Shown piece after piece: positions 8,457 through 17,102 of a stretch of 32,000 nucleotides of DNA (its first letter is position 1; every line of letters begins with the position of its first letter). Below the pieces are notes generated by a model. The model was not told where the DNA came from and searched no databases. It saw only the letters and a program-made list of their open reading frames with translations. This stretch comes from Patescibacteria group bacterium (GTDB taxonomy: Bacteria; Patescibacteriota; Minisyncoccia; UBA6257; HR35): positions 210,001 to 242,000 of the forward strand of contig JAUQQN010000001.1 of the NCBI GenBank assembly GCA_030549845.1, in the 5' to 3' direction. A program made the translations under genes and the position numbers.

Positions 8457-9165
8457 TTTGTAACTTTGATTTTATTTTTTCTATTAATAAATCTATTAAA
8501 AGGTTAATGCTTGAAGGAGCTTTATCATTTGCTGGTATCACAACATTCACATCTCGGATATTATTATCTGAACCGCATATAGCTATTATAGGTATATTTT
8601 TTTTGATTGCCTCTCTTTTTGCTGTTTCATGGGGAGGATATCTTAAATCAATTATAAAAATTACATCAGGTAATTTATTTAAATCTTTTACTCCATTGTA
8701 AATTTTTTTCATCTTATCTAATTCTTTTAAAATTCTTTTTTTCTCAACTGGTGGGTAATTTTCTATTTCTCCTGATTCCTCTTTTTCTAATAAGGATTTA
8801 AAGTATTCAAGTCTTGTTTTTATAGTTTCAAAGTTAGTTAAAAATCCACCTACCCACTTATAATTCATATAAGGCATATTAAATTCTTTTGCTATTTTTT
8901 CTATTGCTTTTTCCGCAGAGGGTTTAGCTCCTAAGAATAATATTGTTTTTTCATTTTTTATTAATTCAGACATAAAGTTAGCCGCGGCATTTAAGCCTTC
9001 TATTGTTTTATTTAAATTAAAAAATTCAATATTTCCTCTTCTTTCAAACCTCAAAAGATATTTTTTCATCAAAGGATGAGTAAACCTTTTGGCTCTTCCA
9101 TAATGACAACCAGCACTTTTCAATGCTTCTTCTAATTTTTTTTCTTTTATTTCTGTTTGTTCCAT
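8449..9165 (-). CDS. rpsB: 30S ribosomal protein S2
   Basis: HYGRAKRFTHPLMKKY, ILFLGAK and KWVGGFLTNF signatures. 238 aa. Confidence 0.93.
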   Translation of the reverse strand: MEQTEIKEKKLEEALKSAGCHYGRAKRFTHPLMKKYLLRFERRGNIEFFNLNKTIEGLNAAANFMSELIKNEKTILFLGAKPSAEKAIEKIAKEFNMPYMNYKWVGGFLTNFETIKTRLEYFKSLLEKEESGEIENYPPVEKKRILKELDKMKKIYNGVKDLNKLPDVIFIIDLRYPPHETAKREAIKKNIPIIAICGSDNNIRDVNVVIPANDKAPSSINLLIDLLIEKIKSKLQNG

Positions 9166-9176
9166 TTTTAAATATT

Positions 9177-9211
9177 TTGATAATTATAATTTATAGTTTA
9201 TAATTATTCAA
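9177..9211. promoter_or_regulatory. two interleaved divergent sigma70-like promoters (rpsB-tsf leftward, rpmE-prfA rightward)
   Basis: Plus strand: TTGATA 9177-9182, 16 nt, TATAAT 9199-9204, ATG at 9213. Minus strand: TTGAAT 9211-9206, 17 nt, TATAAT 9188-9183, ATG at 9165. Confidence 0.55.
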
Positions 9212-9212
9212 G

Positions 9213-9419
9213 ATGAAAAAGGGGATTCATCCTAAATATTTTAAAGCAAAAGTAGTTTGCGCATGCGGTGCTGAATATGAAGTTTATTCTACAAAAGAAA
9301 AAATTGAAGTAGAAACGTGTAAAAACTGTGCTCCTATTTTCATTGGAACTGAAGAAAAAAAGGCTATTGTTGGACAACTTGAAAAATTCTACAAAAAGTA
9401 TAAAAAATCTGCAACTTAA
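9213..9419 (+). CDS. rpmE: 50S ribosomal protein L31 (Cys-containing, Zn-type)
   Basis: MKKGIHPKY start, with C-x-C and C-x-x-C pairs (CAC...CKNC). 68 aa. Confidence 0.9.
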   Translation: MKKGIHPKYFKAKVVCACGAEYEVYSTKEKIEVETCKNCAPIFIGTEEKKAIVGQLEKFYKKYKKSAT

Positions 9420-9446
9420 TTAATTTTAACTAATTTTCTAAAAAAA

Positions 9447-10199
9447 ATGGAAGATAGTAAAAAAATTAACGCTGTTTTATTTGAAATAAGAGCAGGCATC
9501 GGTGGCGAAGAAGCTGCTCTATTTGCTCGAGACTTATGGAGAATGTATTTAAAGTATTTTGAAAAGAAAGGATTCAAGGTTATTGTTTATGAAGATCATA
9601 GAAGCGATTTAGATGGAATAAAAACATTAGTAGCAGAAGTAAGAGGAGAGAATGTTTATGAGATATTAAAAAATGAAGCCGGTGTTCATAGGGTACAAAG
9701 AGTACCAATTACAGAAAAGTCTGGAAGAATTCATACCTCTACTGCTTCCGTAGCTGTACTTCCAAAATATGACTTTGTACCTATAGAAATTAAAGACTCG
9801 GATATAGAGATAGAATTTTTCAGGGCTTCCGGCCCAGGAGGACAAAATGTGAACAAAGTAGAAACAGCTGTTAGAATTTATCATAAACCCACAGGCATAG
9901 TTGTTTCATGCCAGACAGAAAGAACTCAGCAAAGAAATAAAGAAATTGCTTTACAGATCTTGAAAAATAAATTATGGCAACTTCAGCAAGAAAAGATAAA
10001 CGCTCAATTAGTACAAGAAAGAAGACACCAAATAGGATCGCAAGAAAGAGCTGAAAAAATAAGGACTTATAACTTTCCACAAAATAGAGTAACCGACCAT
10101 AGGCTTAATAAAAGTTGGTATAATTTAGAGGATATAATGGATGGAGATCTAGATATAATTATTAGAGCATTCAAAGAAAAAGAGGAAGTAAAAGCCTAA
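9447..10199 (+). CDS. prfA: peptide chain release factor 1-type protein lacking N-terminal domain 1 (250 aa)
   Basis: [20 protein letters not shown] begins at residue 15. P-x-T tripeptide context [20 protein letters not shown] loop [20 protein letters not shown]. rpmE-prfA adjacency. Confidence 0.85.
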   Translation: MEDSKKINAVLFEIRAGIGGEEAALFARDLWRMYLKYFEKKGFKVIVYEDHRSDLDGIKTLVAEVRGENVYEILKNEAGVHRVQRVPITEKSGRIHTSTASVAVLPKYDFVPIEIKDSDIEIEFFRASGPGGQNVNKVETAVRIYHKPTGIVVSCQTERTQQRNKEIALQILKNKLWQLQQEKINAQLVQERRHQIGSQERAEKIRTYNFPQNRVTDHRLNKSWYNLEDIMDGDLDIIIRAFKEKEEVKA

Positions 10200-10201
10200 A
10201 G

Positions 10202-10324
10202 ATGAAAAAAGAAGTAGGTTTATTCATAATTTATCTTTTAATAACAGGACTTTTTTTATTTTTGGTAACAGATCCAAATGTTTGGAAAGCTTTACTTAAA
10301 ACATTATTAAAGCCACTTAAATAG
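10202..10324 (+). CDS. small hydrophobic protein, 40 aa (hypothetical)
   Basis: ATG lies 2 nt after the prfA stop, and the TAG abuts the trxB-like ATG (10325). Sequence MKKEVGLFIIYLLITGLFLFLVTDPNVWKALLKTLLKPLK has one TM helix. It exactly fills an otherwise non-coding gap in a very compact genome. It is below the ORF-track size cutoff. Confidence 0.45.
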   Translation: MKKEVGLFIIYLLITGLFLFLVTDPNVWKALLKTLLKPLK

Positions 10325-11254
10325 ATGATTTATCATACGATAGTTATAGGAGCATCGGCAGCTGGTATAAGTGCAAGTATTTATCTTAAAAGAAGAGGCA
10401 TTAATTTCCTATTAATAAGCAAAGATATAGGTGGTGAAATGGCTCTTTCCGGTAAGGTAGATAATTATCCTGGAATACCAGAAACAACTGGTGTAGAACT
10501 TGCAAAGAAATTCAAAGAACATTTAGATAAATACGAAATTAAAGTAATCTTCGATGAAGTAAAAGAAATCAGAAAAAATGAAAATAGTTTTGAAGTAATA
10601 ACAGAAAAAGATAAATATGAGGCTTATTCATTAATTGTAGCTACAGGAAGCAAACCAAAAAAATTAAACATACCAGGAGAAGAGAGTTTTTTCCATAAAG
10701 GGGTATCTTATTGTTATGTCTGTGACTTGCCATTATTCAAAGGGAAAAAAGTTGCAATCATAGGCGGGGGCAATTCAGCATTAGAAGCAGGACTTATGGC
10801 TTCTGATATATGCGAATTTGCTTATGTTATAACAAAAAATCCACAGATGAAAGGAGATGCTATTTTAATTGAAGAATTAAAAAATAAAAACAACGTAAAA
10901 ATAATATATAATGCTTTAACCCAAGAAATATTTGGCGAGAATTTTGTAAGGGGCATTAAATATTTAGACATAACAAACAACAAAATAGAAGAGCTTTATG
11001 TTGATGGAGTATTTATTCACATAGGAATGAAGCCTAATACAGAATTTATCCCTGATGAATGGAATATTAAAAATTCTTTCGGAGAGATTGTTGTAAATAA
11101 ATTATGTGAAACAGCAATAAATGGACTTTTCGCAGCCGGGGATGTGACAGATCTCCCTTATAAACAAATAGGAATAGCTGTAGGTCAAGGAATAATCTCT
11201 GCTCTATCCACCATCAATTATCTAAATCAATTAAAATCCAAAATTAACACCTAA
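10325..11254 (+). CDS. trxB: thioredoxin-reductase-like flavoprotein (low-Mr TrxR fold, atypical pyridine-nucleotide site)
   Basis: FAD site VIGASAAG, redox CYVC (where TrxB has CATC), IIGGGNSALEAG, and C-terminal FAAGDV. The HRRDxxRA NADPH motif is replaced by ITKNPQMKG. Confidence 0.8.
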   Translation: MIYHTIVIGASAAGISASIYLKRRGINFLLISKDIGGEMALSGKVDNYPGIPETTGVELAKKFKEHLDKYEIKVIFDEVKEIRKNENSFEVITEKDKYEAYSLIVATGSKPKKLNIPGEESFFHKGVSYCYVCDLPLFKGKKVAIIGGGNSALEAGLMASDICEFAYVITKNPQMKGDAILIEELKNKNNVKIIYNALTQEIFGENFVRGIKYLDITNNKIEELYVDGVFIHIGMKPNTEFIPDEWNIKNSFGEIVVNKLCETAINGLFAAGDVTDLPYKQIGIAVGQGIISALSTINYLNQLKSKINT

Positions 11255-11292
11255 AAATAAACTCCTCACTAAATAAATAATTCCGTACAGAA

Positions 11293-12477
11293 CTATTTGT
11301 TAAGTTGGAATAAAAAATTTATGGGGTTTATATAACCATAGTTTTCAGGATTATCAGGAGTATATCCAAAGCAATTTTTATAAGATCCATTAACAAAACA
11401 AGAGGCAGGGAGTGGTGATTCAAGTACAGGTGAAGTTTTAATTTCTAAATGAAGATGGGTATCTAAGGGAGATGTTTTATTGCAACCATCATCTCCAATA
11501 CGCCAATAGTTACAGCCATAACCGGTAGCTCCTACTTTACCAATAATTTCTCCTTTTTTAATAAATAAATTTTCTTTTAAATCAGGGTTTATAGATTCTA
11601 AATGAGCATACAAAGCATAGATTTTGTTAAATTTTTTGCATAAATCTTTTTCAAAATCACATAATTTATTATCAAACTCAATTATCACAGAATTTCCTAA
11701 GCCATGATCTTCTTCTCCATTTTTAATAATTTTTACAATTTTACCGTCGAAAATACTATATGCATTTAAATCTTTAGCATCTGGATTAGGTGTTAAATCT
11801 ACTCCTGCATGTTGAATATAATCATGTTTTCTGTTTTCTGTATTTTTTGCATTTTCCCATTTAACCCTTATAGGATTATTAAACCTTTGCCTAATGAAAA
11901 ATTGACTTAAATCAACAGGGGGGTGAAAATATTTTTTAAATTTATTTGTATTCAATTCCTTATAAGAAATAACTAAATCACCGGGTTGAGCTAATTTAAA
12001 AAATTTTTTAGCATTTTCTGTTTCCAATCTTATACAACCTCCAGAAAAATTACTTGTTACTCTTGCTCCGTTTAAATATATTGGAATTTCATGAATAAAA
12101 AAATCTTCGTACATTTGAACAGCATAATTCATATAAACAGGAAATAAAGAAGAGATATGTTTTTCTTTTTTAATGCCAATTCTAAAATAACCAGTTGGGG
12201 TTTGATACCATTTCCCTTCAGGTGCTTGATAGGCTATTGACATTATTTCCTTTAACTTACAATTCTCAAAGAAATAAATCAAATTTTTTGATAGATTTAC
12301 TTCAAATACCCTTTTTTCACAAATTTTAGGAAAAATTTTATTAATGTTTTTTTCTAAAGATTCATTAAAATTCTCTCTGTTTAAAATAGTAATTTTCTTT
12401 TCAAATTTTAAAATAGCATAACTAAATGAAAATAAAAAAATGCTTAATGTGATAAGCAAAATTTTAAATTTTTTCAT
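11293..12477 (-). CDS. secreted L,D-transpeptidase (YkuD) domain fused to an M23 metallopeptidase domain
   Basis: Signal/TM sequence at the N-terminus. YkuD catalytic context FFIHEIP...SNFSGGCIRL. M23 motifs HAGVDL (HxxxD) and THLHLEI (HxH). Confidence 0.8.
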   Translation of the reverse strand: MKKFKILLITLSIFLFSFSYAILKFEKKITILNRENFNESLEKNINKIFPKICEKRVFEVNLSKNLIYFFENCKLKEIMSIAYQAPEGKWYQTPTGYFRIGIKKEKHISSLFPVYMNYAVQMYEDFFIHEIPIYLNGARVTSNFSGGCIRLETENAKKFFKLAQPGDLVISYKELNTNKFKKYFHPPVDLSQFFIRQRFNNPIRVKWENAKNTENRKHDYIQHAGVDLTPNPDAKDLNAYSIFDGKIVKIIKNGEEDHGLGNSVIIEFDNKLCDFEKDLCKKFNKIYALYAHLESINPDLKENLFIKKGEIIGKVGATGYGCNYWRIGDDGCNKTSPLDTHLHLEIKTSPVLESPLPASCFVNGSYKNCFGYTPDNPENYGYINPINFLFQLNK

Positions 12478-12479
12478 AT

Positions 12480-15400
12480 TTATTCAATTATTATAGCCAA
12501 AGTTTCTACTAGTTTTGTATTATCTATGATTCTATAATTATACTTCCATCCTCCTTCTGAGCCTATAAAATACCAAAATTTATTTCCATCGTCTTTTCTA
12601 TCAGTGTCCTTTAAAGAAAAGTAAAAATTTTCTTCACTCCAATTATATCTTTTGAATACAAAAAAATAAGAACCCGGAAGCAATTCAACTTCTTTATCAA
12701 ACTCAAAATTTATCCATTCAACAGGATCAAAACTTTTAGGAATTGAAATCTCATCTACTTCTTTTGATTTGGATATTAATTCTCCTGTATCAGGTTTGCC
12801 TTTTCCATAATTTTGAATTTCAACATAAACTTTATCTCCTAGGCTTTCATTTATTTTGCTTATTTTTAAGCTGACTTTTTTTATTTTTACTATTTTTTCA
12901 ACTTTTAATTCTTGTGCTATAGCCTTTACTGTATACGGAGAATTTTTACCCCAACTGAATTTAACATATCCTTCTGATTTATAAATATAACAATTTTCGT
13001 TAATTTTTGGAAGTGGATATATATATTTTTCTTCTTCATTTATTTTTAATATAAATGCTAATGAGTCGAATTTATTTAATTTATTTTCACAAATATTTAT
13101 TTTTATAGATGCTGGCTCTGCAAATGGTTTAACTTCTGGAAGCTGAATATTTAAAACCTCATTTGTAGAAGTATCTTTTATCAAGTATTTTGCACTTAGG
13201 GAAGATCTATAAGGAGAATTAAAAGTAATGATTAAATTTTGCTCTTCAAGAGAATAATCGAATTTTGTCAAAAATTCTGGAGGAATTTCTTGTGTAGAAT
13301 TTGAATTTTGTGGTTCAGGAATATCTATAATCAAAAATTCATCTTTATGTTCATCATTATAATAACCATGACCAAATTCTTTTTCTTCATTTAATACTGA
13401 TTCTTTTGTGCTATTAATCCCAGCTTTTCTTATTAATATTAATTCTTTATTAAAAACAGGAATTTCCACTAAATCAACAACTTCTATCTTTGGATTAATT
13501 AACTTAATTCTGTTATTTTTTGCAATATCTTTGGATTTAGAATATGTTGTATCTGGTTCAATTGAAAAAGTTTCTTTTAAATTATTGTTCGCATTAGCAA
13601 TTAAATAAAATCCAAAAGGCTTGATGGCTCCTTTTAATTTATATTTAGCTCGTGTAGAAGTTGAAAACATATATTCTTCTTTTCCTTCTTTTTCTATTAT
13701 TAAATTCCAGCCATTCAAACTAATTTCAAAATCATTTGGATTATATAGCTCAATATATTCATTGGTCGATGTTCCTTCCTTTACATAAATTTCTGAAATT
13801 AAAATTTTCCCCAATTTTCCTTCTTGTTCTTCTTGAAAAGAGCAGAAGTCTTCAAAAAGAGTGGTTGGGGCAATACTAATTTGAGATTTATTTTCACTAT
13901 CTAAAATATCTTCAATAATTAAGCCAAAGTAATAAGAATTAAAGTTTGTTGGGCATTTATTAGGAGAAAATTGAATTAAAGTTGTTGAACCATCAAATTT
14001 AGGCTTTGGTAAGGTTATTGAAATTCCAAAATCTTCCAATTTAAATGGCCAATCATTAGATGATGTTGAAATTAGGATTTTATAAGAATAGTTATCGGAG
14101 GCAATGTTTAATTGCGGTTCTTCATAAGAAATATTTAAAACTACCTCTTCATCAGTTTGTGTTACTTCAATTTGAAAATTTTTGATTTGAATTTTTGTTA
14201 AATCGACAAAATCTTCTCTTGGTTTTCTTAAGGTGGCATTTGAATTTTCAGGGTTAGGATTATGGAGCCAAAAATCTTCACTGTTATTATCAGAATCTTG
14301 AAGGTTTTTTCTTTGTATTGATTTATTTTTAAAATCTTTAGCTAAAAATGGTGATTTTTCAAATTGATAAATTTTTTCTTGATTATCTCCGTAACCAACC
14401 ACATCAGAGATTTCTCCATTTGGCTTTCTTAAGATTATTGAATTATTTTTTGCTATTGAATAACTTTCTGCATAAGATAAGTCTCCTTTATATTTTTCTT
14501 TTGTTGAAGATGAGGTTATTAAAAAGAAAGAAAACGGCTTAATAACTCCTTCAAATTTACTTTGAGGTATTAAAATAGTTAAGCTTGGTGGATTTTGTGA
14601 ACTCGGATCTTTCGCTGCATATTTTTCTAAACTCCAGCAAGTTAAATCTATTTCTTTGTCTGTTGGGTTATAAAGTTCAATGAATTCATCTTTAGTATCT
14701 TCTTCAGTTTCAAATTGAATTTCTGAAATTAAAATATTAGGATAACTTTTATTTTTGTAATCATCGCAAGGATCTTTTTTTGTTATATTTGATCCTCCCA
14801 TAAATAAAGGCTGATTTTCTTCAGCTTCTTCATTTTCATTTTCATTTTCGTCTTCGTCTTCATTGTCTAAACCTTTAACATTTTCTTTATCTAATGTTTG
14901 TGTTGACGAAGAGATTTTTTCAGTCTTGACATTTGTATTAGAAAGTTGAATAATATCTTGATTTTTATTTTCCTCAATAAAGGCATTTATTCTTTCTTGA
15001 TAAGTAAATTCTGATTCAGATTGTTCTTGTTGTTTTTCTTGATCAATTGTTTTATCTTCTTGATATGACTTTTCAGCTATTTGCGGAGTATAATCTGACT
15101 TTGCTACTTGGATCTCCGGATTGAATATTGATTTGATTGTATTTGCAAATGAAATAGTAGCATTAAGTATTTTTTCTCCTGTTTGCCATGTTATAGTCGA
15201 GATGTATGAAGGAATATTATCAAAGAAACTTACAAAATTTATAAGTGATGTTGTTAATCCTTTATATTCTTCATGAAGTTTTATTGCTTCTTCTTTTTCC
15301 ATATCTTTCACTTCTAAAAAATAAAGATCTAAAAGAGCAACACCGTGTTTTAAAATTTCAGGAACGACAGAGTTAAACCAGTGTTGGTGGATTAGATCAT

Positions 15401-16241
15401 TGTCAGTAGTATAAATATATTGCCGATTTTTAAAGTCATAGAATTTTAAAGCAATAGGGACATTACTATTATTAAAAGCCAAAACCTTATTATCTTCAAT
15501 TTTTTGGTAATGAGTAATTTTTGGCAAACTAAACAAGTTTATTGTATCTTCAGAAAACCAATTACTTGCAGTAAATTTTGCTAAAGAAGTAAAGATTGAA
15601 TTTATATCATTAAATTTATAAGGTTGTGTTTTATTTTTAATTAATTCTTCAGCAAATTTTAAATTATATTTATCAGTGATACTTTTTGCATAATCTTCAT
15701 AATTAGATTTTGGATCGCCAATAAAACCGACACCTGCATGAGCATCTCCACGAGCATGTTCTGGAACACCTAAATCTTCTAAAAGATGTAGGATATAACC
15801 TAGAGTTAAAAAGGCTTCTCTTTTATTTTCAAAATATAATCTCTTTGCTTTTTGATAAACTCTATTATCAAGGTATTTTAATTGAGCTAGTTCGTTTTGA
15901 GACCAATCAATAGATTTTAATGGTTTATGAGGTAGTGTTTTTAAAAATAATTTTATTGCTATTTCACTAACTCCTCTTAATGTACTCCAATTTATTGCTG
16001 AATTATTAAAAAAGTCATAAAAATGGTTAACCCATCTTGGCGATTTATCTTCAAATATACTTCCTTGCTTTAAAAGTTCTAATTCTTCATTGGTTATTTT
16101 CCTTTCAGCAAAAGAATTATAGTACTTAACAATTTCTTCAGTTAAAGCAGGATGAGTACTATTTGCATCAAAAGCAAAAGAAAATAAAGGAAATAAAATA
16201 AATAAGAAAACCAACGTTTTCTTATTTACTTTATATACCAT
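12480..16241 (-). CDS. large secreted protein: Zn-dependent phospholipase C / S1-P1 nuclease-like N-domain, acidic linker, 2 x (lamin-tail domain + beta-rich module), unknown C-terminal domain
   Basis: Signal peptide LVFLFILFPLFSFAF. H-x3-D-x5-H metal motif (HLLEDLGVPEH), preceded by STHPALTEE. DNEDEDENENENEEAEEN linker. Two LTD cores: ILISEIQFETEEDTKDEFIELYNPTDKEIDLTCWSL and ILISEIYVKEGTSTNEYIELYNPNDFEISLNGWNL. Confidence 0.8.
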   Translation of the reverse strand: MVYKVNKKTLVFLFILFPLFSFAFDANSTHPALTEEIVKYYNSFAERKITNEELELLKQGSIFEDKSPRWVNHFYDFFNNSAINWSTLRGVSEIAIKLFLKTLPHKPLKSIDWSQNELAQLKYLDNRVYQKAKRLYFENKREAFLTLGYILHLLEDLGVPEHARGDAHAGVGFIGDPKSNYEDYAKSITDKYNLKFAEELIKNKTQPYKFNDINSIFTSLAKFTASNWFSEDTINLFSLPKITHYQKIEDNKVLAFNNSNVPIALKFYDFKNRQYIYTTDNDLIHQHWFNSVVPEILKHGVALLDLYFLEVKDMEKEEAIKLHEEYKGLTTSLINFVSFFDNIPSYISTITWQTGEKILNATISFANTIKSIFNPEIQVAKSDYTPQIAEKSYQEDKTIDQEKQQEQSESEFTYQERINAFIEENKNQDIIQLSNTNVKTEKISSSTQTLDKENVKGLDNEDEDENENENEEAEENQPLFMGGSNITKKDPCDDYKNKSYPNILISEIQFETEEDTKDEFIELYNPTDKEIDLTCWSLEKYAAKDPSSQNPPSLTILIPQSKFEGVIKPFSFFLITSSSTKEKYKGDLSYAESYSIAKNNSIILRKPNGEISDVVGYGDNQEKIYQFEKSPFLAKDFKNKSIQRKNLQDSDNNSEDFWLHNPNPENSNATLRKPREDFVDLTKIQIKNFQIEVTQTDEEVVLNISYEEPQLNIASDNYSYKILISTSSNDWPFKLEDFGISITLPKPKFDGSTTLIQFSPNKCPTNFNSYYFGLIIEDILDSENKSQISIAPTTLFEDFCSFQEEQEGKLGKILISEIYVKEGTSTNEYIELYNPNDFEISLNGWNLIIEKEGKEEYMFSTSTRAKYKLKGAIKPFGFYLIANANNNLKETFSIEPDTTYSKSKDIAKNNRIKLINPKIEVVDLVEIPVFNKELILIRKAGINSTKESVLNEEKEFGHGYYNDEHKDEFLIIDIPEPQNSNSTQEIPPEFLTKFDYSLEEQNLIITFNSPYRSSLSAKYLIKDTSTNEVLNIQLPEVKPFAEPASIKINICENKLNKFDSLAFILKINEEEKYIYPLPKINENCYIYKSEGYVKFSWGKNSPYTVKAIAQELKVEKIVKIKKVSLKISKINESLGDKVYVEIQNYGKGKPDTGELISKSKEVDEISIPKSFDPVEWINFEFDKEVELLPGSYFFVFKRYNWSEENFYFSLKDTDRKDDGNKFWYFIGSEGGWKYNYRIIDNTKLVETLAIIIE
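13300..13806 (-). repeat. lamin-tail domain copy 2 (protein-level internal repeat; approximate bounds)
   Basis: From ILISEIYVKE... to ...IIDIPEPQNSN. See copy 1. Confidence 0.7.
14250..14740 (-). repeat. lamin-tail domain copy 1 (protein-level internal repeat; approximate bounds)
   Basis: From ILISEIQFE... to ...FWLHNPNPENSN. Parallels copy 2 motif by motif (IELYNP, GW.L, IKPF.F.LI, IAKNN.I.L..P, P.P.NSN). Confidence 0.7.
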
Positions 16242-16768
16242 TTTTTATTATAAGGATTGAGTTTAAATATAACTTCATGTTTCATCGGGAATACTTGGGG
16301 TTTATCTTTAAATAACTCTTGGAATGTTTTTTTATCGTCTTGAAGATTTATAAGGAAGATTTCTTTCTCTTTATCTACTAATCCAAAAGTTATAAACATT
16401 TTTTCATTTTCTTGGAGAATTTTCGTAGGGGTTGCCTCTTTTAAATCTGTACCTAAACTTTTAACGTAATAATTCAATAATCTTTTTTCTCTTATATCTA
16501 ATAAACGTTCTCTTGTCGTTTCTCTTTCATATGGCCATATATATAATAATGCTTCTTCAATATCTCCTTTTTCTAATGCATCTATATATTTATTCCAAGC
16601 TTCCTGGGGAGTTGTTGCCCCGCCTTTATCGTATTTTAGCTCCTTATAAAAAAACTTATCTTCAACAATTTTCTTTTGGAAAGTAAAAAACCATACAAGC
16701 CTGAAAATAAATCCTGAGATTAAAAAAACAATAAAAAGGGTAATAAGAAAAATTTTTCTTTTCATCAA
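16226..16768 (-). CDS. hypothetical membrane-anchored protein (180 aa)
   Basis: N-terminal TM helix (IFLITLFIVFLISGFIF) followed by a soluble domain. 16-nt overlap with the downstream giant gene and 4-nt overlap with the upstream one. No family recognised. Confidence 0.65.
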   Translation of the reverse strand: MMKRKIFLITLFIVFLISGFIFRLVWFFTFQKKIVEDKFFYKELKYDKGGATTPQEAWNKYIDALEKGDIEEALLYIWPYERETTRERLLDIREKRLLNYYVKSLGTDLKEATPTKILQENEKMFITFGLVDKEKEIFLINLQDDKKTFQELFKDKPQVFPMKHEVIFKLNPYNKKWYIK

Positions 16769-16980
16769 TGATTAGCAAATAAGATAAAATAAAGACCTGG
16801 ATTCATTGGTTCAAAAGGATTGAGGGCATGAAAAATTGTAAGTTTTCTTTCTTGAGGGTTTTCTTTATTTAAATCTTCAAGTTTATAGGGAGATAATCCT
16901 TTGCTAATTAAAATTACCAAACTTCCAAGAAAATAACCTAAAATGAAAGCAATTATCATTATCTTAACTGTCTTTTTCAT
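16765..16980 (-). CDS. hypothetical small membrane protein (71 aa)
   Basis: One TM helix (IMIIAFILGYFLGSLVILI). First gene of the leftward envelope operon, with a good promoter immediately upstream. Confidence 0.55.
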   Translation of the reverse strand: MKKTVKIMIIAFILGYFLGSLVILISKGLSPYKLEDLNKENPQERKLTIFHALNPFEPMNPGLYFILFANH

Positions 16981-16990
16981 TTTTCCAAAA

Positions 16991-17019
16991 ATTTTAAAAT
17001 AGTTTTATAAATAAATCAA
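16991..17019 (-). promoter_or_regulatory. sigma70-like promoter of the envelope operon
   Basis: Minus strand: TTGATT (17019-17014), 17 nt, TAAAAT (16996-16991). The ATG at 16980 is 10 nt after the -10. Confidence 0.5.
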
Positions 17020-17026
17020 GAATTTG

Positions 17027-17046
17027 TGGATAATCAAAAATATCCA
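17027..17046. promoter_or_regulatory. inverted repeat TGGATA-N8-TATCCA between divergent operons
   Basis: Read directly. It is the only G/C-containing symmetric element in the 122-bp divergent intergenic region, and it sits just upstream of the leftward -35. Confidence 0.25.
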
Positions 17047-17102
17047 GAGATTCAAAAATAAAAACTTAATTAAATTTGCTAAAAATATTTATAATAAAAA
17101 TA

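Noticed and set aside
9447-10199. The short release factor as PrfH (the domain-1-less RF paralogue) or an ArfB/ICT1-type hydrolase.
   Set aside because: It retains the RF1-type P-x-T codon-recognition context and full domains 2-4. It sits in the conserved rpmE-prfA position, and no RtcB-like partner is adjacent. ArfB-type proteins are much shorter.
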